IMG/VR virus record: IMGVR_UViG_3300014204_000012
Coordinates: 1 to 64,000 of that record
Direction: 5' to 3' (one strand)
Source: a virus
Lineage: Duplodnaviria > Caudoviricetes
DNA length: 64,000 nt
The notes under the pieces were generated by a model. The model was not told the DNA's origin and made no database searches. It was given only the letters and a program-made list of their open reading frames with translations. The translations under genes and the position numbers were made by a program. This document shows positions 61,026 to 64,000 of the stretch, piece by piece. Every line of letters starts with the position of its first letter. Position 1 is the first letter of the stretch.

Positions 61026-61571
61026 TCAGACACCCGTTTTTTCCCATCCCTCGTCTATATTCGGTTCCAACCCTGATGTTATCTCTGCTACCTTTGTCTT
61101 TAATGCCACATCGTTCTTCCATATCTTCACAGCCAACGCCAGTATCTTATTCTTTATCTCCTGTTCACTCGTGGTAAGTTTCATTCCGGATACCTCACGA
61201 AAGATCGTTGCAATCCCAAGTGTTATCAATTTTAACTGTTCGGTGAATGGAAAAACCTGGTTATTCGCATCATTCTCTGCGTTGATTACCGACGTCTGTA
61301 TGTCTGCTGCTGGTCTCTTGGGTGTATTAAAAGTAATTTGATACTGATTCAACCAATTATATTCAGGGTGTGGAATAGATGTAATAGCCTCCACCCTGTT
61401 AAGAATGAATATTCTTGAATCATAGTCCGGCTCTGCACAAGGTTGTGTCTTAATTAACCACTCCAAATCTGGATCAAGACCCGAAATCGGTTGCATATCT
61501 TCACGTGGATAATCTGCGTGTTTAAGAATCTCGCCTGTACTCTTTCTAATCAAAACTGCTGGTGTTCCCAT
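61026..61571 (-). CDS. Hypothetical tail-associated protein (181 aa)
   Basis: Between fibre and lectin genes. Confidence 0.6.
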   Translation of the reverse strand: MGTPAVLIRKSTGEILKHADYPREDMQPISGLDPDLEWLIKTQPCAEPDYDSRIFILNRVEAITSIPHPEYNWLNQYQITFNTPKRPAADIQTSVINAENDANNQVFPFTEQLKLITLGIATIFREVSGMKLTTSEQEIKNKILALAVKIWKNDVALKTKVAEITSGLEPNIDEGWEKTGV

Positions 61572-61590
61572 AATGTTATTTATTTTTAAT

Positions 61591-63771
61591 TTACCTGTAT
61601 CCTTCTAAAAACACTTTTAATCCTGCACCCGCAATGGTGCTACCAATCTGATCAACGTCAAACGTCAACAGATCATTTTTGTGTAACTGATAACTACTTG
61701 CTGCACCTGTGAAAGTTGATGTCTCCGCATATGTACCAGATGCCGCAATAGTCAACACTGCATTTAATATTGTTGTTCCACCGTCTTCAATGTCAACCTG
61801 CAAGTCAGAGTCCGTAGGAGCCGTCTTACAGGTCGCATACGCCCTCGTAACCTTAAAGTCGAATGGAACATTAACCGATAGCTTTTCGCCCGTTGTAAGG
61901 GCTGTGGTCTCGTCTGACAGGCAATAACCGGTGACCTCAAGCGCTGTCTTACTTGACCTCAATGAAAGCGATGTCATGTACTTCGCATCGTCTGTTCCGG
62001 TATCTACATCGGTGTATGCCGCCTTTGTTAGTGCCGCCTGTTTGTTGTTAAACGTATTCCAATCCGTTGAAGATAAATACCCGTCTACACTCGTTGATGC
62101 CGCCTGCGTTGCTACGGTCTTCTGTGCGTCTGTAAAGTGTTGATAATTTCCACCTGCCGCATTTAACCCCGCAAGGTTATCGTGTAATGTTATAAGCGGT
62201 GTTGAAAAGTGGGTGCTGTGGGTTGTTCCATTGTAAGCAACGGTAACACTCGTGGTGTTGTTGCTCGTAATGAAACCCATTTGACCGAACTTGTCCGTTA
62301 CGGCAATGGCAAAAGCACCCTGAACACTTGTCTGATCGTATTGGAGATAATTAGTTCCAGTTGATGTTATAGTAGGTGACGTTGAACCAAATAATTTGTT
62401 CCACACATTGAACGTAACAGCATTCTCATTGGAATATCCCGTTGGAACAATTATAGTCGCTGTATTTACATCTGATATTGCTGATATTTGATATATCCCA
62501 GAAGGGGTTTGCAGATAGGAAGCCACCGTGTTCGTGGCATTAGCCGCAAAGTAAGTTCCTGCAAACTGACTGGAAGTTATTGTTGCTGTCCTTGTATTTG
62601 CACCTACTCCGGAAGTTGTCACACTCCCAGAAGCCACAGGAACAACCTGATAAATCTGTCTTGTCACTGTGGTTACCCTACCACCTACAACAGAGTTCAC
62701 AGCAGCAAAGGTGGTGAAATCCCATGTTCCTGCATCTATGGTTGTCCTCCCTAATGCGGTATCATACAGCCACGCCACATAAGCACGTGTATCACTTGCC
62801 GCCTGTCCTACGATTGTTTGTTCTGCGGTAACCACAGGTGTCTTTGAAAGCGAAGCAACCTGTATTCCATTACCTGCCGTACCGTCCTGTTTTAGTCCAG
62901 TAGGAGTTGTAATTGAATTTATAACTGGTGTACTATTGTAAAACTCAATACCTGCACTTGCTGAACTCGTCACGGGGGCACCGTTTACCCATTCTGTTCC
63001 ATTAAACCTCAACACCTGATCCGCAACGGCAGAACTAACAACAACGTCACTTATGTCATTTAGGGTTTGCATTGGCCGTATATTAACATACACCCTACCC
63101 ACTGATGGGTCTTTGATCATTACCCTACCGACACGGACTTCGTATCTACCAGCACTTATAGAAGTAGCAAGTGTACCGGCGGTGTCACCAAGATAAAGTG
63201 AATCCCCTACGTTAAATGAGTTTGTGTTTAGTCCATTTACGTGCCCCCTGATTGTCACATGACCATACACCGAATCTGCTATGGATGCCGTTGTAACAAC
63301 ACCCAAAACAAATGCCTTTGACACATCTGAATTATCCGCAAGTGCAATGGTGGGATACCCCCCGGATGCCCCGCTGATATAAACAACATTACCGGCTACC
63401 AAAGGAGAACCGGTATTATTTAGGCAATACGCTTGTGTTTCCTGCCCAACCTGTATGGTAACATCGGTATCAACTTCAATACCCATTGTCCTCCATAGTG
63501 CATCAAAGAATACCTTTCCCTCTGCAAATGTTCCCACCGTTGGTGATGTATCCAATAAAAACCCTTCTCCAAATGTGGGTCTTCCGTTTATCACTGTTTG
63601 CGGTGTGGTTTGATCCAACAGAAGCGTTGATGCACTCGATATGGGTGTAATCATAACGGGGTCAAGACCAGAATCAAATCCCAATACTTTCCCGTTCTCC
63701 GCTAATACCGACTTTTCATCAAAAGTTCCACCGGAGTTCTCTTTTACTAATTTATATGTTCCGTCTGCCAT
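61591..63771 (-). CDS. Tail fibre protein (726 aa)
   Basis: LNDISDVVVSSAVADQVLRFNGTEWVN, GYLSSTDWNTFNNKQ, C-terminal FDVDQIGSTIAGAGLKVFL. Confidence 0.75.
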   Translation of the reverse strand: MADGTYKLVKENSGGTFDEKSVLAENGKVLGFDSGLDPVMITPISSASTLLLDQTTPQTVINGRPTFGEGFLLDTSPTVGTFAEGKVFFDALWRTMGIEVDTDVTIQVGQETQAYCLNNTGSPLVAGNVVYISGASGGYPTIALADNSDVSKAFVLGVVTTASIADSVYGHVTIRGHVNGLNTNSFNVGDSLYLGDTAGTLATSISAGRYEVRVGRVMIKDPSVGRVYVNIRPMQTLNDISDVVVSSAVADQVLRFNGTEWVNGAPVTSSASAGIEFYNSTPVINSITTPTGLKQDGTAGNGIQVASLSKTPVVTAEQTIVGQAASDTRAYVAWLYDTALGRTTIDAGTWDFTTFAAVNSVVGGRVTTVTRQIYQVVPVASGSVTTSGVGANTRTATITSSQFAGTYFAANATNTVASYLQTPSGIYQISAISDVNTATIIVPTGYSNENAVTFNVWNKLFGSTSPTITSTGTNYLQYDQTSVQGAFAIAVTDKFGQMGFITSNNTTSVTVAYNGTTHSTHFSTPLITLHDNLAGLNAAGGNYQHFTDAQKTVATQAASTSVDGYLSSTDWNTFNNKQAALTKAAYTDVDTGTDDAKYMTSLSLRSSKTALEVTGYCLSDETTALTTGEKLSVNVPFDFKVTRAYATCKTAPTDSDLQVDIEDGGTTILNAVLTIAASGTYAETSTFTGAASSYQLHKNDLLTFDVDQIGSTIAGAGLKVFLEGYR

Positions 63772-63782
63772 AATCTATATTT

Positions 63783-64000
63783 TTACCACGAGGATAACGG
63801 GGTTCTTTTCCAAACACTGTCTTGTACACATACATAAAAATAATTAATATCGTATGCCATTTGTCCAGCCATACCCGGTGATGTCTTTGTTGCTGGTGCT
63901 GCCACCCACAGGGTAGGTGAAGTTGGGTCTTGTTCTACTACGTTACCACTTGCGTCAACTGCTAAGAACTTTGTGGTTATTCCAGAGAATGTACCCGATC
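63783..64000 (-). CDS. 3' end of another fibre protein (5' truncated by window edge)
   Basis: ..APATKTSPGMAGQMAYDINYFYVCVQDSVWKRTPLSSW*, a common fibre C-terminal motif; not in ORF track. Confidence 0.75.
   Translation of the reverse strand, partial: SGTFSGITTKFLAVDASGNVVEQDPTSPTLWVAAPATKTSPGMAGQMAYDINYFYVCVQDSVWKRTPLSSW

Noticed and set aside
1-64000. Genome-wide stop-codon reassignment (known in some crAss-like phages)
   Set aside because: Long genes are intact in code 11, and TGA, TAG and TAA all end genes with coupled overlaps; only one internal TGA was seen.
1-64000. Apparent CCGG over-representation linked to the methyltransferase
   Set aside because: Visual impression only; needs a Markov-normalised k-mer count and may reflect codon usage.

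Overview
The window is part of a Bacteroidota phage genome with crAss-like (Crassvirales-like or related podovirus) organisation. There are three blocks. (1) 1-22.6 kb, minus strand: SSB, HNH, GroES-like genes, phosphoesterase, then terminase, portal, scaffold-like protein, major capsid protein, ring/adaptor-like proteins and a tail muzzle-like gene running off the left edge. A self-contained fibre/receptor-binding cassette is inserted among these genes. (2) 23.3-54.5 kb, mostly plus strand: about 90 small early/middle genes, including a C5 methyltransferase, a nucleotide-metabolism cluster, one tRNA-Met, a pentapeptide-repeat protein and recombination nucleases. An inverted endolysin unit lies inside this block. 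(3) 54.6-64 kb, minus strand: holin-like gene and tail-fibre/lectin genes. Host-type Bacteroidota promoters (TAnnTTTG) and intrinsic terminators punctuate all three blocks. No DNA or RNA polymerase, primase, integrase, reverse transcriptase or CRISPR array is recognisable in the window. Leading oddities: a dispersed ~70-bp quasi-palindromic element found 8 times at module boundaries; structural-module proteins with Sec signal peptides (one coupled to the MCP, one 994-aa Cys-rich fibre); a methyltransferase whose motif IX is encoded in a nested alternative frame; a DGR-like variable region with no template or RT in the window; an atypical initiator-like tRNA and a second tRNA-like fold; and a cationic peptide coupled to the endolysin. 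All product calls come from motif reading and gene context only; no database searches were run.
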